Shown here: in pieces, positions 12,000 to 26,504 of the stretch
Layout of the letters: every line of letters begins with the position of its first letter
How positions within the stretch are numbered: the stretch's first letter is position 1
Assembly (NCBI GenBank): GCA_951406725.2
Contig: OX597827.1
Location: 52,886,001 to 52,950,000 of the forward strand
Direction: 5' to 3'
DNA length: 64,000 nucleotides
Source of the DNA: Octopus vulgaris
Lineage: Eukaryota
The notes under the pieces: model-generated
Databases searched by the model: none
What the model saw: only the letters and a program-made list of their open reading frames with translations
Told to the model about the DNA's origin: nothing
Made by a program: the position numbers and the translations under genes

Positions 12000-13243
12000 T
12001 ATGGTAAATCTAAAGTGTGAGTAGGAAGCTTTGTATATAATCAATATTCTATCATGGTTCCAGAAGAAAACAGAATTGGAACATTTTAGCAATGTCTCTA
12101 GAGAGCAGATTTATAAATTTAGATTGGAATTTCTCAAACCAAAAATTTTTTGAAGAATTTTATCTATATAAAAAAAAAAAACTCATAAGACTACAAAGAG
12201 ACAACCATCTTATCTCAAGCAGCCTAGAATTAGCAAACCTGGTAACTATACCAGCCATTACAACTGAGCTGGTGGTTGTTGCTATTGTTATGGTTGCCCT
12301 AATAACAAGTCCAGTGTTGCAATTTTGATTTGAAGTTGCAAAAAAGTTTCAACTTGAATTGACTTGAGATTTGAAGCTTCAGGGGAAGAATTTGGTAAAG
12401 AGAACAGAACTTTGAGTGAGTTTAGTAGAGCAATCTGCATTCCATTTGGAATATAGCTCCACATTGAACATGTTGCTTCAATGGAACCCAACAGAGCTAC
12501 TAGCAATGTGTATGGAAAAGTGTGTCAATACTTCAAAAAGATACAGAAAACAGATGGCACTAACTGTGTTTGAAAATGATACCGGTATAATAATATAGGA
12601 CACATCTAAATAATGTATTGACAGAGAAATAGAGGTAAACAACTCAAATGTTATTGTTAATTGGCAAATGACTTCTTAGAGATATTTCAAGTCCAGTCGA
12701 CAGAAATAGGGTTACAAAGCTTACTGAGACAGAATAGTGGACAAAATTCTTTACAATATATTTTATACTTAGAAAATTCTTATGTTTATAGCCAAAGTGA
12801 ACTTAAGTAGTATAGAATGAACTAGAGATGTAATAACAGAAGAAAGCTACTCAACATATATCTAACCACCCAATTTCAATTGCTTCAAAAAAAAAATTTT
12901 TTGGCAAGAACTACCAACTTTAGAAAAAAGTGAAAATATTATAACATCTCAGCTAGGTCACTAAATAGCATATAATAATCTTGCCATCATTTTCTAAGAC
13001 AAAAATTGCTGCAGCTATGAATTGATATAATAATAAATGAATATTGTCATATAAAATTAAAGTGAAAAAGCTGAAGAATTATATCAACTGAACATTAACA
13101 CTGTTAAAGGATGTGGCTACCATCTCAAATGGGCAGGTTCAGTTCTATTGTGCAGAACCTTAGACAAGTGTCTTCTACTATAGCCTTGGGCTGATCAAAG
13201 CCTTGTGAGTTGATTTGGTAGATAGAAACTGAAAGAAGCTTGT

Positions 13244-13281
<38 letters not shown>

Positions 13282-14000
13282 AGTGTCTGTCTTTGTCTGT
13301 GGTTGTCTTCTACCATTGTTTAACAACCAGTGTTGGTGTCTTTACATCCCTGTAACTTAGCAGTTTGGCAAAAAAGACCAACAAAATAAGTACTGGGGTT
13401 TATTCATTCAACTAAACTATTCAAAGTGGTGCCCCAGCCTGGCCACAGTTTAATGAGTAAAACAAATAAAAAGATGTGTATGTGAGAGAGATAATCAATA
13501 AAAGTGAACAAATTCAGCATGTTAAAGAACCCATTCAAAAGAAACATATTGATTTAAAATGATCCTAAAAAGCAAAATTAAATTCCATAAATAAAATGGA
13601 AATAACTAATCTAGTAGTCCCAGCGGCAAGCTACAACAAACTACAACTTTAACGTGAAATAAGGAATGTTCAACAAATGAGAGAGAGAGAGAGAGAGAAA
13701 ATAAAATTTAACAAAATTTAGACTACCTAATCAAAAAGCTGACATTTTTTGCATGTGTATTTTTAGAATGATGACAGAGACATTGAACAACATAAAGATT
13801 GTTTGTAAAATTGGAACAGTAGAACTAGACACTTGTCCTTAAAAGAAAACAAGACAGTCTTATAATAATAATTTGTAAAACAAGACAGAAACAACAGTTA
13901 TACTTTATATACAAAATAGCACAAAAATATTTAGCAGAAATAGGTACTCCGCCTATAAATTCCTCAGAGAGAACACACACATCATTAAACATGCATACAC
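12000..14000 (+). mobile_element. Possible very old LINE remnant, interrupted by a SINE
   Basis: A-rich tract with weak motif traces (PGNY.., KADI..); no intact motif. Confidence 0.3.
13135..13475 (+). mobile_element. SINE family B
   Basis: caagtgtcttctactatagccttgggctgatcaaagccttgtgagt..(TA)n..ttggcaaaaaagacc..gtggtgccccagcctggccacagt. Confidence 0.85.
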
Positions 14001-14047
14001 TGTAAAAAAAGATAGATGCAATGAAAAGAGTTAAAGGATTGATCTGT

Positions 14048-14608
14048 TATCTTTTACTTGTTACAACCATTGGACTGCAGATATTGAATATACTAGACAT
14101 TGATTTTGTGCAGCTAGAGATTGAAATATGTGGAATATAGACACAAGAGTAGTCTTAATCATTACAGGAGTGATGGGTGTTGTGAGGAATAGTATAGAAA
14201 AGAGAACTGAACAGTTTCTGGAGAAACTTTTAATAAAAGTCTCAAAACCAGAGTTTCTAGGGCTCAGCCATGCTGGGGCACCAAGTTGAAGGGTTTTAGT
14301 TGAATAAATCAAACCCAGTACTTACATTTTTTAAAGCCTGGTTGGTACTTATTTTGTTGGTCCTTTTTTTTTTTTGTTTACAGGGATGTAAACAAATTGA
14401 TAGTGGTTGACAAGCAGTGTGTGTATGTGGGAGGGGAACAAACACAAAAATACACACATGATAGGCTTCTTTCAGTTTCTGTCTACCAAATCCACTCACA
14501 AGGATTTGGCTGGCCTGAGGTTATAGCAGAAGACACTTGCCCAAGGTGCCATGCAGTGCGACTGAACCTGGGACCATGTGGTTGAGAAGCAAGCTTCTTA
14601 CCACACAA
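14048..14608 (-). mobile_element. SINE family B interrupted by a LINE fragment
   Basis: Reverse complement of family B; ~14080-14262 is an insert reading like an R4-type endonuclease tail (LEIEIC..TRVVLIITGVMGVV) on +. Confidence 0.75.
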
Positions 14609-15366
14609 CCACATCTGTGCCCAACAACAAAATCTTATATGGACTCCCAAAGGTCATCTGGACACTGGTTGAGAATCACTGATCTAAACAGACTCACTAA
14701 TACATATCCTGCCTACAAAATTACACAACTGAATCTCAAAACTGCAGGGATGACACTGGAGTTAGAATTTTTCAGTATGAAGCTGATAACTTTCCCAGAA
14801 ATCTTAAAACCTAGTCTTGACAATCAAGTGAAATGAGATGGAATAAAGACTTAAAAACATGCACACATATCCACATATAGATATATAAGACACTACAGTA
14901 GTTCAATGCAGTTTAAGCTAAATATTTCATCACTCTCTATTCTGCTAATATGTTTACAATAACAATAGAAATATAATAACTATGGTGAGAAAATGTCACA
15001 ATGAATTAATATTAAAATAACTGCTTCAGACAAATATATATAACTTGTGTGAACAATAAGATATTTTAGGGTAGGCTGCAAGATTGATAGTGGTGGTGGT
15101 GTTGGTCAGACTTTACTGTGACCAATATGATATAGGAAATAGGTGCTTTGAGGATCTGAAAATGTCATCTGGTGCAAACATCACCTACTAGTCAACTCTC
15201 CCTCTTAGTAATTAAAGATTATAATATAGAATTATAGGAAATCATTATTACATGATTAGAGTGCACAATGAACTTGTTTTATCAGTGATAATTATGACAA
15301 ATATAATAGTAATTATGATTTCGAGCATTGGCACAAGGCCACACATTATGACCAAATTAGTAATTT

Positions 15367-15373
15367 TTATATA

Positions 15374-15457
<84 letters not shown>
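15367..15457 (+). repeat. (TA)n microsatellite
   Basis: Direct reading; other (TA)n tracts at ~6022, 13248, 17064, 19357, 31639, 38815, 41487, 44584, 53041, 63013, 63306. Confidence 0.95.
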
Positions 15458-15458
<1 letters not shown>

Positions 15459-16819
15459 TTAGTTTGATACTCTGCTGTTTTGAGTTCATGTATCGGTATA
15501 AAATAATGATAATTAGAGAGTGGATTGATCAAAACAGTGTAAAAGTTAATCTATTATGAGAGACAGGCAGACAGACAGGCAGAGAAAGACAAACAGACAG
15601 ACAATGACATTGCACAGGACTTCTCCTGTTATTTGGTGTACTTTCATTCAAAATGATAAACTGAAATATTTGGGCACTTGTTTAAAAACCTGAGTCAACA
15701 TTATTACAACATCATTATTACAATATCTCAATAGAGAAATGTAGGTACATAGTCTTACAACTTTATTTCCATTTATCTCAATAGACCTTCAGCTCTTCTA
15801 CCGTAACTCTACAATATTACACCTTCATTAAAAAGTAAATATGATTTTTCAAACCAAGAAGAAATAGCAGCCAAATATCCTTAAATCTCCCTTTGAAAAA
15901 AAAAAAAAAGAAATTACATACTGGATAATATAATCCTATAAAACTCTAAACAGATGGGACGTTCAAAGGTTGGAATGTCTCTGTTCAAAAGTCATCTCAA
16001 TCAGATTTCACCTGGAAGCTAAACAATAACATACTGATTTCTGTCAACAATGATAACACTGGATATGTGGGATTCACTGCAGCTGAAGCAAACCTGTTTG
16101 TCAATCATATATGGGTTTCAAATTTTGATATATGCCCAGTAATTTTGGATGAGGGGCTAAGTTGAGTTCTACAATTATTTAGGTAATCTCCCTCATCACC
16201 ACTTTCCTTCTAGCTATCTTTCTGTTCCTCTAACAATCCTTTTCTTCATTCCATTTTTACTTCTTTTCTTCTTTCATTTGCTCTCAAACCTTCTCTTCTA
16301 CCCCTTGGTGTCTGTCTCTTTCTCCTTTTCATTTCTTTCTCCTACCTTCAACAAGTTTTATCATTTCCTTAACCCAACTTATATTCACTCCTTTCTCTCT
16401 TTACTTACATTTTACTTCTCTTCCAGTTCTCTCTCTCTCTCTCTCTCTCCCGTTCACATTCCCCTCCTCTACCACAACCACCATATAACAGAAATCAGCA
16501 CTTCTAAGGGCTTTTCAATTATGTTGTTGCAACTGCGATAAAAATAAGTTGAAAAGATTTGGGTTAATTGTTGTTGGTAATGATGTGATTTCTACAGTTT
16601 TTATATTCCTTTCTGTTCTCTTAGCTACTACACATGTTACTGTCACTTTTCACAAAGCATGTGTCTTTAATGTCGCATTGCAGTAGCTTCATTTTCAATT
16701 GTCTATAAAGTCATATAGAATGTTTTAAGTGTGTACGTGTGTATGTATATATCCTTTCACTAGTTTAAGTTATTTTTGCTGCTTTCCTGATCCTGAAACA
16801 CTCACATATACAGAGACCC

Positions 16820-17525
<706 letters not shown>

Positions 17526-17897
17526 GCCGTGTGATAAAAAGCTTGCTTTCCAACCACATGGTTCTGGGTTCATTCCCACTGCGTGACACCTTGGGCAAGT
17601 GTCTTCTACTATAGCCCTGAGCTGACCAAAGCCTTTCGAATGGATTTGGTTGACAGAAAATGAAAGTCCATTGTGTATGTATGTATGTATATATATATAT
17701 ATGTATGTATATATATATTGGGTAATCCCACAAATAATGTGGTTTTTTCAATTGCATAAACTAAAAGTTGGAGGGGATGGGATAAATTACCTGCATCAAC
17801 TTGCTATAAAAGCAGGTAGTAATTTATCTTGTACTTATTCTTAGTGCAAGTTTTGAGGAGTGCAGTTCGATTTAACAGTTATAGTTTCATAGCTGTA

Positions 17898-19284
17898 ATG
17901 AAAGTGACAAAGGAGCATATTTGGCATATTTTCAATGAAGGCAGCAATGCAATGTAAAGTGCAAGGAATATTAATGCATTATATGGGGTCAGACAATAAG
18001 CATAAGCCAGTATCAACGGTGGTTTCAGAAATTCTGGGCCAGAAACTACAGCCTAGAAGATGAGCCTTGTCCTGGAAGATCTGTAGAGCTTGACGAGGAC
18101 ATTCTGCAAACCCTGGTGGAACAAAATCTCATCGTAACTTTTGAGGAACTAGCAGAGAAGCTAGGATTTGGTCATTCAACCATTCATCAACACTTGTGCG
18201 CCACCAGAAAAGTCAGCAAATGGGGTCATGGGGTTCCTCTTAAACTTCTAATCATGCACAGAGAGTGAATGTATGCTCTTCTATGCTGTCACGACTCATG
18301 AATGAACCTTTTTTAGACTGAATAGTGACTCGTGACAAGAAATGGGTTCTCTATAAAAATGTCAAATGCCAAAGACAGTGAGTAGGAAAAGAAGAAACAC
18401 TGGCACCCCAGGCTAAAGTAGGTCTTCACCCACGTAAGGTGTTGTTATTTGTTTGGTGGGATATGAAAGGTTTAGTCCACTTTGAACTTTTAAACCCAAA
18501 CCAAACAATAACAAAGGAGATCTATTGTGAGCAGTTTGAGCAGCTGAAGTCAGTGCTAGAAGTAAAAATACCATCTTTGTTTTCAAGATGAAAGGTGTTC
18601 ATCCATCAGGATAATGAATGCTTGGTCACATGCAGCAAGGATGACATTCCAAAGGCTGGAGCAGTTTGAATGGGAAATGATGCCCCACCCACCATATTCA
18701 CTGGACATTATACCCCATCTGATTATCACTTATTCTGCAGTCTTCAAAATCATGAATTCTGTAGACAAAGTCAGAACAGTAGTGGAGGAATATTTTTCAT
18801 CATGGACACTGTGCTTACCTTGGATTGAAGGGTGACCCGCTGTGCTTGAGGAGACCTATTGAGTCAAGTACATCAACATCAAATAAAAATCAAATGGTAA
18901 TTGTAGTTGTGATGCCTGTGCTGGTGGCACGTAAAAAGCGCCATCCAAACATGGCCGATACCAGCACCGCCTTGAGTGGCTTCCATGCTGGTGGCACGTA
19001 AAATGCACCAATCGATCGTGGCTGTTGCCAGCCTCCCCTGGCATGTAAAAAGCACCCACTACACTCATGGAGTAGTTGGAGTTAGAAAGGGCATCCAGCT
19101 GTAGAAACACTGCCAGATCAGACTGGAGCCTGGTGCAGCCTCCTGGCTTCCAACCCATGCTAGCATGGAAAACGAATGGTAAACGTTGATGATGATAAGG
19201 GAATTTTGGAAGTGGGGCCTGACAAGACTATGAGACAGATGGAAGAGCATTGTAGAAAATGAAGGAGAGTATATTTTAGATTAA
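17898..19284 (+). pseudogene. Mariner transposase pseudogene (Mos1/SETMAR-like)
   Basis: MKVTKEHI..RWFQKF..SLEDEP..IVTRDKKWVLYKN..LHPRKVLLFVWWDMKG..HQDN..PHPPYSLDI..WKSIVENEGEYILD*; stops, frameshifts and an RTE insertion. Confidence 0.9.
18809..19197 (+). mobile_element. RTE LINE 3' UTR fragment inserted in the mariner
   Basis: Repeated ggtggcacgtaaaa motif and tail ccatgctagcatggaaaac..gatgatgat; transposase reading EEYFSS|..EFWK resumes after it. Confidence 0.85.
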
Positions 19285-19352
19285 AAAATAACTTTATCTT
19301 AATTTTGAAAAATAAAAGAGGTATAAATAAACCACATTATTTATGGAATGAC

Positions 19353-19387
<35 letters not shown>

Positions 19388-21467
19388 TTGTGTGTGTGCA
19401 TGTGTGTGTATCTGTCCCCCACCACTGCTTGACAACTGGTGTTGGTATGTTTATGTTCTTGTAGCTTAACAGTTTGGCAAAAGAGACCAATAGAAAAAGT
19501 ACTAGGCTTAGAAAAAAGTCCTGGGGTCAATTTATTTGACTAAAGCCGTTCAAGGCAGTGCCTCAGTATGGCCACAGTCTAATGACTCAAACAAGTAAAA
19601 GGTAAAAGAGAAAAGATTAAAATGATGATGATTATATTTTTATAAGTGCACCAATTGCAAGCAATTGTCACTTCATACAAGCAGTTTGTTCGTAAGCAAT
19701 GCTCTTTGAAAACATTTGCAGTCATTGTGCTGTTCATATTTAAAGGACAGAAGAAATATGATCTTGCTTGGAAACAAGTGAGTGTAGACAACAGGAAAAG
19801 CCAGCTATAGAAAATCTGCCTCAATAAATTTTGTTTGACCTATGCAAGCATGGAAAACTGATTGCTAAAGTGATGATGATAATGATGCTGATAATGAAAT
19901 GTTTTCTGAGGCTCTAAGTAACTACTTCTAAATCACTCTGAAATATGGTCATGTAATATTGCTTGCCTCACTAACTTCTTTTATAGCAAAGAAGGTTAAG
20001 CAATCGTCCTCTGTCTATAAGCAATGTTGTACAAGGTTAAAATGGCCAAAGCAACACTTTAAACACCTGACTAAGTGGAAAGAAAATGGAGAAAAAATTT
20101 TACAAAATACAGATGAAAGCAGGAATTTAGTTTGTGGATGAAAAAGATAGGGGGTCAGCTTTAGTCTTACAAAATCGATGGAGCCAGCAGAAGGCTCATG
20201 TTCTGCACAGAGAGTGGCTATGGTTTTGAACAATTCTGAAAGGCTATTCCTTTACTTTGAGGTTCTTTATTATATACTCATGTAACTGTGTTATCAAACA
20301 CAAGTGTATAGGTATTTCATTAATAAGGTATTTCATAAAATAAGATTACTTTCAAAGTATGATTACTTATCTATATTTTTTCTTTAATTCAATATTATAC
20401 ACTGTATTAAGGCAGTGAATAGGCAAAATCTTTAGCATGCTGGATGAAATTCTTAACATACTGAGAATGAATGCTGAACACTGCATTGGGGGATACATAT
20501 TCTTTATTCATGGAGTAATCAGACTATCATTGGTTTCATGTTGAGAGAAATATCCCTCAACAATTATTCAAGTCTGTATCTTGAGATGTTGGTGTCCATC
20601 TCCATATCACCATCTTGGATGAAACACAATCCAAATGGAGACTCAATGAATAATATATATATTCAGGTTTGGTTTGGTGTTTATTCTTCTTTGAACACAA
20701 TCCACTTGTTTAATTGATTAGATGTGACTGACATGTTGCTTCAATCATGCATCACTGTCTGGTATTGAAGATCTCTCACACATTAGTCAGTTCCTGAAAG
20801 ACCTATTCCTCACCACTGGGATGTTTGTGAAAGGAAGTGAAATTTGAATTCACAACGAACAGCACTGGTACAGACACTGCAAAGGCATTTCTCCCAATGT
20901 TCTAATAATTTCATTTATATACTGTTCTAGGCAGATACATTTTTTAAAATTCACCCCCAAAATATGAAAGGCATATGACAGCTGGAAAAAACTGCTTGGC
21001 ATTCTATCCAAATGTCTGAAAACTGAGTCAATTCACTACTTCAAAAGTTTATATACATTATATATAGGCATATGTGTGTATGGGGGTGTACATGTCTATG
21101 CCTGATATTTGCATTACACATAAATATGGTATTTAAAAATTTATGTTATAGTTCATCATTTACATTTTGGGAATAACGTACAGACACTACAAAATGCTTG
21201 TCAATGTTATTTTAATATAATGTCCTGCATTTAAGAAGAAGAGATAGATAGAATAAGTACAGGGCTTTACAAAAAATACTGACCTGGTGCCTAAATTAGA
21301 AATTATTAAAAGCCAGTGGATTACTAAAGGACAATGAACTGGCAGAACCATTGAGGTATGGAACAAATGCCTTGCAGTATTTGTTCCAGTTCTTTACATT
21401 CTGAGTTCAAATCCCATTTAGGTCAACCTTGCTTTTCATCTTTTCAAGGACAGTAAAATAAGCATGA

Positions 21468-21995
21468 ATGAAGTAATGAGGTTGATTAAATTGACAAACC
21501 TCTTCCCTCACAATTTCTAAGTCTGAATTTATTATTATTATTATTATCATTATTATTATTAATATTATTATTAATATTATTATTATTATTATCATTATCA
21601 TCATCATCATTATTATCCTCATCATTATTATTATTATCATTATCATCATCATCATTATCATCATCATTATTATTATTATTATCATTATCATCATCATCAT
21701 TATTATTATTATCATTATCATCATCATCATTATGAAGTAATGAGGTTGATTAAATTGACAAACCTCTTCCCTCACAATTTCTAAGTCTGAATTTATTATT
21801 ATTATTATTATCATTATTATTATTAATATTATTATTAATATTATTATTATTATTATCATTATCATCATCATCATTATTATCCTCATCATTATTATTATTA
21901 TCATTATCATCATCATTATTATTATTATTATCATTATCATCATCATCATTATTATTATTATCATTATCATCATCATCATTATTATTATTATTATT
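21468..21995 (+). repeat. 264-bp tandem duplication containing a complex (ATT/ATC)n microsatellite
   Basis: atgaagtaatgaggttgattaaattgacaaacctcttccctcacaatttctaagtctgaat starts at both 21468 and 21732, each followed by the same interruption pattern. Confidence 0.9.
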
Positions 21996-22215
21996 GAGGT
22001 GGTGAGCTGGCAGAATCATTAGCACACTGGGCAAAATGCTTTGCGGCATTTCATTTGTCTTTACATTCTGAGTTCAGATTCCACCAAGATCAACTTTGCC
22101 TTTCATCCTTTTGGAGTTGATAAAATAAGTACCACTTGAACACTGGGGTTGATGTAATTGACTCATCTCCTCCTCACAAATTGCTGCCTTTGTGGCAAAA
22201 TTTGAAACCATTATT
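21996..22215 (+). mobile_element. SINE family A
   Basis: ggtggtgagctggcagaatcattagcac..ttctgagttcagattcc..ctttgcctttcatccttttggagttgataaaataagtacc..aaatttgaaacc(att)n. Confidence 0.9.
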
Positions 22216-22227
22216 ATTATTATTATT

Positions 22228-22804
22228 ACTGAGTGAGAGAGCAACACATACCATCAAAGTGACACTGGGATACAAATATACAAAGCCCAATACACCCATC
22301 ACGACTACTCATCTGATAAGGGTACACCAGGCACCTGCATCACAACCATGTGTGTGTGACATGGTGATCTCATATCAAGATAATGCATGACCTTGCAGGT
22401 GGGGCTCAGTTAGAATTTTCTTCAGGTTGAGTAGCCCATTCTGCTCAAAAGGTCCCCTACTCAGGTTGAGCAACCCATCCTGTTCAAAAGGTTTGTTAAA
22501 GGATGATGAATGAAAAACTCATGTTTCCGGAGGTGAATTATTCAAACCCCAAAGAATTCCTCTCAAAACATGGCTATGAAGTTCCCCAACTACTATTGCT
22601 TGTAATCAAAGATGTACATATTGTCAGCCACTAAGGGACATGCTCAACTGGTTAAGGTCAAACAACTGACAAGCAAATCTGTGTGGTATTGAGCAGAATA
22701 TTTGCTGTAGCCCATCTTTTATACCAAGACAAAACATGGTACATGATAACACTTCCGGTCAGTTAAGATCAGAAACCATGAGAGCCACTGCCTAGTACTG
22801 CATC
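22228..22804 (-). mobile_element. Retroelement-like repeat (probable LINE 3' UTR or SINE) with (AAT)n tail
   Basis: Non-coding and GC-richer; ends on the minus strand in ctctctcactcagt(aat)n; its internal part recurs at ~51555-51695. Confidence 0.6.
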
Positions 22805-22812
22805 ATTATCAT

Positions 22813-22985
22813 TAAAGCAGCAAGCTGGCAGAATTGTTTGCATGCCAGGTGAAATGCTTAGCAGCATTTCCATCTGTCTTCGTGTTCTGAGTTCAAATTC
22901 TGCTGTGGTTGACACTGGGATCAATGTAATTAACTTAACCCCTCCCCACATACTGCTGGCTTTGTGCCAAAATTTGAAATCATTA
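22813..22985 (+). mobile_element. SINE family A with internal deletion
   Basis: gcaagctggcagaattg..gttctgagttcaaattc joined directly to cactgggatcaatgtaatt. Confidence 0.8.
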
Positions 22986-23544
22986 TGATTATTATTATTA
23001 TCATTATTATTGACTCTCAAAAGTCACCTTAAATCTGAGGGTTGCAAAGCAATTTCAATTATTTCTTTTTTATTTATATTTATTTATTTTGGTTTTCCTT
23101 TTTCCCATAACATGAATCAGAAAGTTGCAAATAGAAGGAAGAGAAAGAAACTGTGCGTGAGGGAGAGAGAGAGGGTGATGTAGAAAGAGAAAGAAAGAGT
23201 GAATGACTGTGTATGTCTGTGTGTGTTGGGGGAGGGGGTAACTGCATGAATAAATTAATGAATAGAAAACAATGTGTATTTATATATCAAATAAAGAGAG
23301 AGTGAATGAATGTCCGACATTGCATGCATGTGCATGCACGTGTGAATGCCAGTTTGACTGACTCATAGGCTTCCTTACATGTTTTTATATTTTCCTTTAG
23401 TGGTTTTTCAGCTCCATAATATGAGATTTATTCTCAAAGTCCAGAACACATCCTCTGATGGCTCATTGACAATCATGACTTTGGATTTACAAGATCCAAT
23501 TCATTAGTAACTCAGTAATGGTCTTCTTACAGTATCTTCTGTCT

Positions 23545-24176
23545 TTTATCTTTTACTTGTTTCAGTCATTAGACTGCAGCCATGCTGGAGCACCGCCTTG
23601 AGGAATCTTCTTTCTATTTGAATGAATTGACCCCAGTACTTACTTTTTCTTTTAAGCCTGGTACTTATTCTATCAGTCTCTTTTGCCTAACCAAGTTACA
23701 GGGACATGAACACACCAGCACCAGTTGTCAAGTGGTGGTGGTGGTGGGGTGGGGTGGGGGACAAATGAAGACACACACACACACAGATATGAATGTAAAT
23801 GTACAACAGGCTCATTTCAGTTTCTGTCTATCAAATCCACTCACAAGGCTTTGGTTGGCCTGATGCTATAATAGAAAACTCTTGAAGGCAGTGAGCTAGC
23901 AGAAACGTTAACGGTATTTCCTCTGTCTTTACATTCTGAGTTCAAATTCTGCTGTGGTCGACTTTACCTTTCATCCTTTCGGGGTCGATAAATTAAGTAC
24001 CAGTTGCATACTGGGGTCGATCTAATCGACTGGCCCCCTCCCCCAAGAGTAGAAAAGATTATATAATAGAGTAGAAAAGATTATATAATAGAAGACTCTT
24101 GTCTAAGGTATCACACAGTGGGACTGAACTGGAAGCATGTGGTTGGGAAGCAAGCTTCTTACCACACAGCCATGCC
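23545..24176 (-). mobile_element. SINE family B hosting a family A insertion
   Basis: ttttacttgtttcagtcattagactgcagccatgctggagcaccgcc..gcaagcttcttaccacacagccatgcc. Confidence 0.85.
23885..24083 (+). mobile_element. SINE family A with 18-bp target-site duplication
   Basis: TSD tataatagaa(a/g)actcttg at 23867-23884 and 24084-24101. Confidence 0.85.
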
Positions 24177-25529
24177 TAAGCTTCATTGACAGTCTTGTTT
24201 TTGCTCTTAGCTGATAACAACAGCAAAAGCAAGATTATCAATGGAGCTTATAGCAGTGGCTCCCAAACTAACCAAAACTGGCTGCTCATCCCACACCCTA
24301 CTAGACATGAAATTTTTAACCTGTACCCTCAAATAGAATTTGAATTCATATAATTCTTCTTTGTATCAGTTCTGGACAAGTTTAATAACTTGAACCACAT
24401 TTATTTCCTTAAACATAGTAATTCATCCACCCATGTTTCAATCCTCACAGGAGCCCTCCTCCCATGAGAAACAATGGTTTAGACCACATTAAAAGTAGTT
24501 CAAATCCTAATGAAGTTAATTTTACTTTTCATGCCTTTCAAGTTGATAAAATAAGTACCAGCCATGTACTACAATTGAATCTAACAACAATAAATATAGC
24601 CTACATACTGATAGACTTGTTCCATATCCTATCCCTTACAAAAATGCTGCTTACTCTTGTTGTTTAGTCCCCTAGTCAAGTATAATCAACAAGTCTATGA
24701 GCACAGACATTTTAAACTGTGGTCATCCCATCTTTATTTTCAGATGCAGTGTACCTAGGACTCCATTATTTAATGTGACTTTCCATTTGTAAGACAATAG
24801 GGTGTGATATGAGGGAGATTCAGCAGCTATTTCCAGCAGGTCAATGGCTGTGTATAGGTTCCTTTTACATATCTCTGTTTCTCGGTTTATCTTCATACTT
24901 CTTTTCATTTATCTTGCTAGTGCTCTTGAGAAAAGTATGAACATCACACAGTCGTATTTTCCTTACCTAAAAATCTGTGGCATTCCATTCAAAGTACAAC
25001 CTTTTTTTCTTGGTGAGCTGAGTCAGTAATTCAGTTTCAATACTCAAGTGAATATGCTTCACTTAACCTTCATTAATAATCTTGATAAAAGATTTAATAA
25101 TACAACTGCACAGCTCTTTTCACTTGAAGCCATCAACTATTAATGCTAAGTACTTTGCTTACACTGCCAATGCTCCTGAGAAATATGATGCTCCACAATC
25201 ACATTAACCCATAACATAAATTTAGCCATTTTAGTCCTTGAAGAAAAAAACAATCAAAAATCTCTAATTTCTTTATAGGAGAAGCTTGAATTTGCCAAAT
25301 TCATATTTCTCTTATAAAAAGGAACCAACTCTGGTTTTATGATATGTAGTGGAAGACAGAATTTCCAGAGAGTTTCTAATTCTTTATACAGCATTGACCA
25401 TGGAAAGGTATAAAAATGCTATTTCACTGTATTTCTATTTGAGGTGTAGCATGAGTAAATTCTTAGGGTATTAATAAAGTGAAGTGTTAAAAATTTTATC
25501 ACTATAAGACAATATGTAAAAATATTTTG

Positions 25530-26330
25530 ATAGTATTGTGTTGTCCGGAAAGTTCATGCCTCCAGACCTCAACATTACCATCTCAGAGACGCCACTGGAA
25601 GTTTGCTTTCAAACAAGTGCACAGTGGAAAATCATTGGACATGGAGAACCGATTAAGAGTAGTTTATACCATGTTTGGTGGATTTGCGAAAAGGGTCATT
25701 AAGAACAAAGATCTGAACCACCAAACAAAATTTAGTGTCTACCAAGCAGTTGTGATCTCTACTCTCCTCTATGGTTGTGAAACCTGAAAACTTTACTGAA
25801 GTGATGTCAAAAAACTAGAGCAATTTCATCAACGGAAGCTCTGCTCTATTATGAATATCAAATTGAATGACTACGTGACTTTTGTCTCCATTTTGGAGAG
25901 AACTAAAAGCTGCAGCATCGAGGCCACCATCCTGAAAATTGTCTGAGATGAGCGGGCCATGTAGCAAGAATGAAAGAGACCAGGCTGCTTCGTCAAATTT
26001 TATTTGGTGAACTTTCCACTGGAAGAAGACTCCATGGCTGTTCCCTCCCTCAATACAAGGACCAACTGAAGCAAAGCCTAAAACTGACTGGAATCAATCC
26101 CAAAGCCAGGGACATTGAAGCTCAGGACAGGCCCTGCTGGCATCATTTCATCTCCATTGTGACAGATTAATTTGAAGCTGAATGACAGAGGAAAGAAGAA
26201 TGAAAATGATAAGAAAGAAAATGGAAGCTGCCACAACCAAAGCCTCCACCATGGATCCCTTGAGAATTTTGCTTCCAGGCAAGAATTGACTTCTTTAGTT
26301 ATCAGAGGTATAAACACTGACAGAAGGAAA
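25530..26330 (+). mobile_element. RTE/BovB-like LINE 3' fragment (second RTE family)
   Basis: VYQAVVISTLLYGCET*..KKLEQFHQRKL..GHVARMKETRLLRQILFGELSTGRR..YKDQLKQSLK..AQDRPCW (ORFs 25527, 25970). Confidence 0.9.
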
Positions 26331-26504
26331 AAAGTGGTCAAGAAGAAGCCAAATAAATTATCAAACACATGATAAAATGCTGCCACTGACAATATCTGCT
26401 CCTACTATTCTACACTCTCACAACATACATATAGCACATTACTTACTGGAGGAGATAAACCATTCTTTCCACATTTATTTAGATTTAAGGACCAGCCATG
26501 TGAT

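Larger units (their letters stand above)
17718..19356 (+). mobile_element. Full-length inactive mariner (Tc1/mariner) DNA transposon
   Basis: 28-bp TIRs at 17718-17745 and 19329-19356 (25/28 matching), TA on both sides; internal transposase pseudogene. Confidence 0.95.

Noticed and set aside
21407-21979. 190-aa ORF, the longest in the track
   Set aside because: Translation of a duplicated (ATT/ATC)n microsatellite (poly-I/M).
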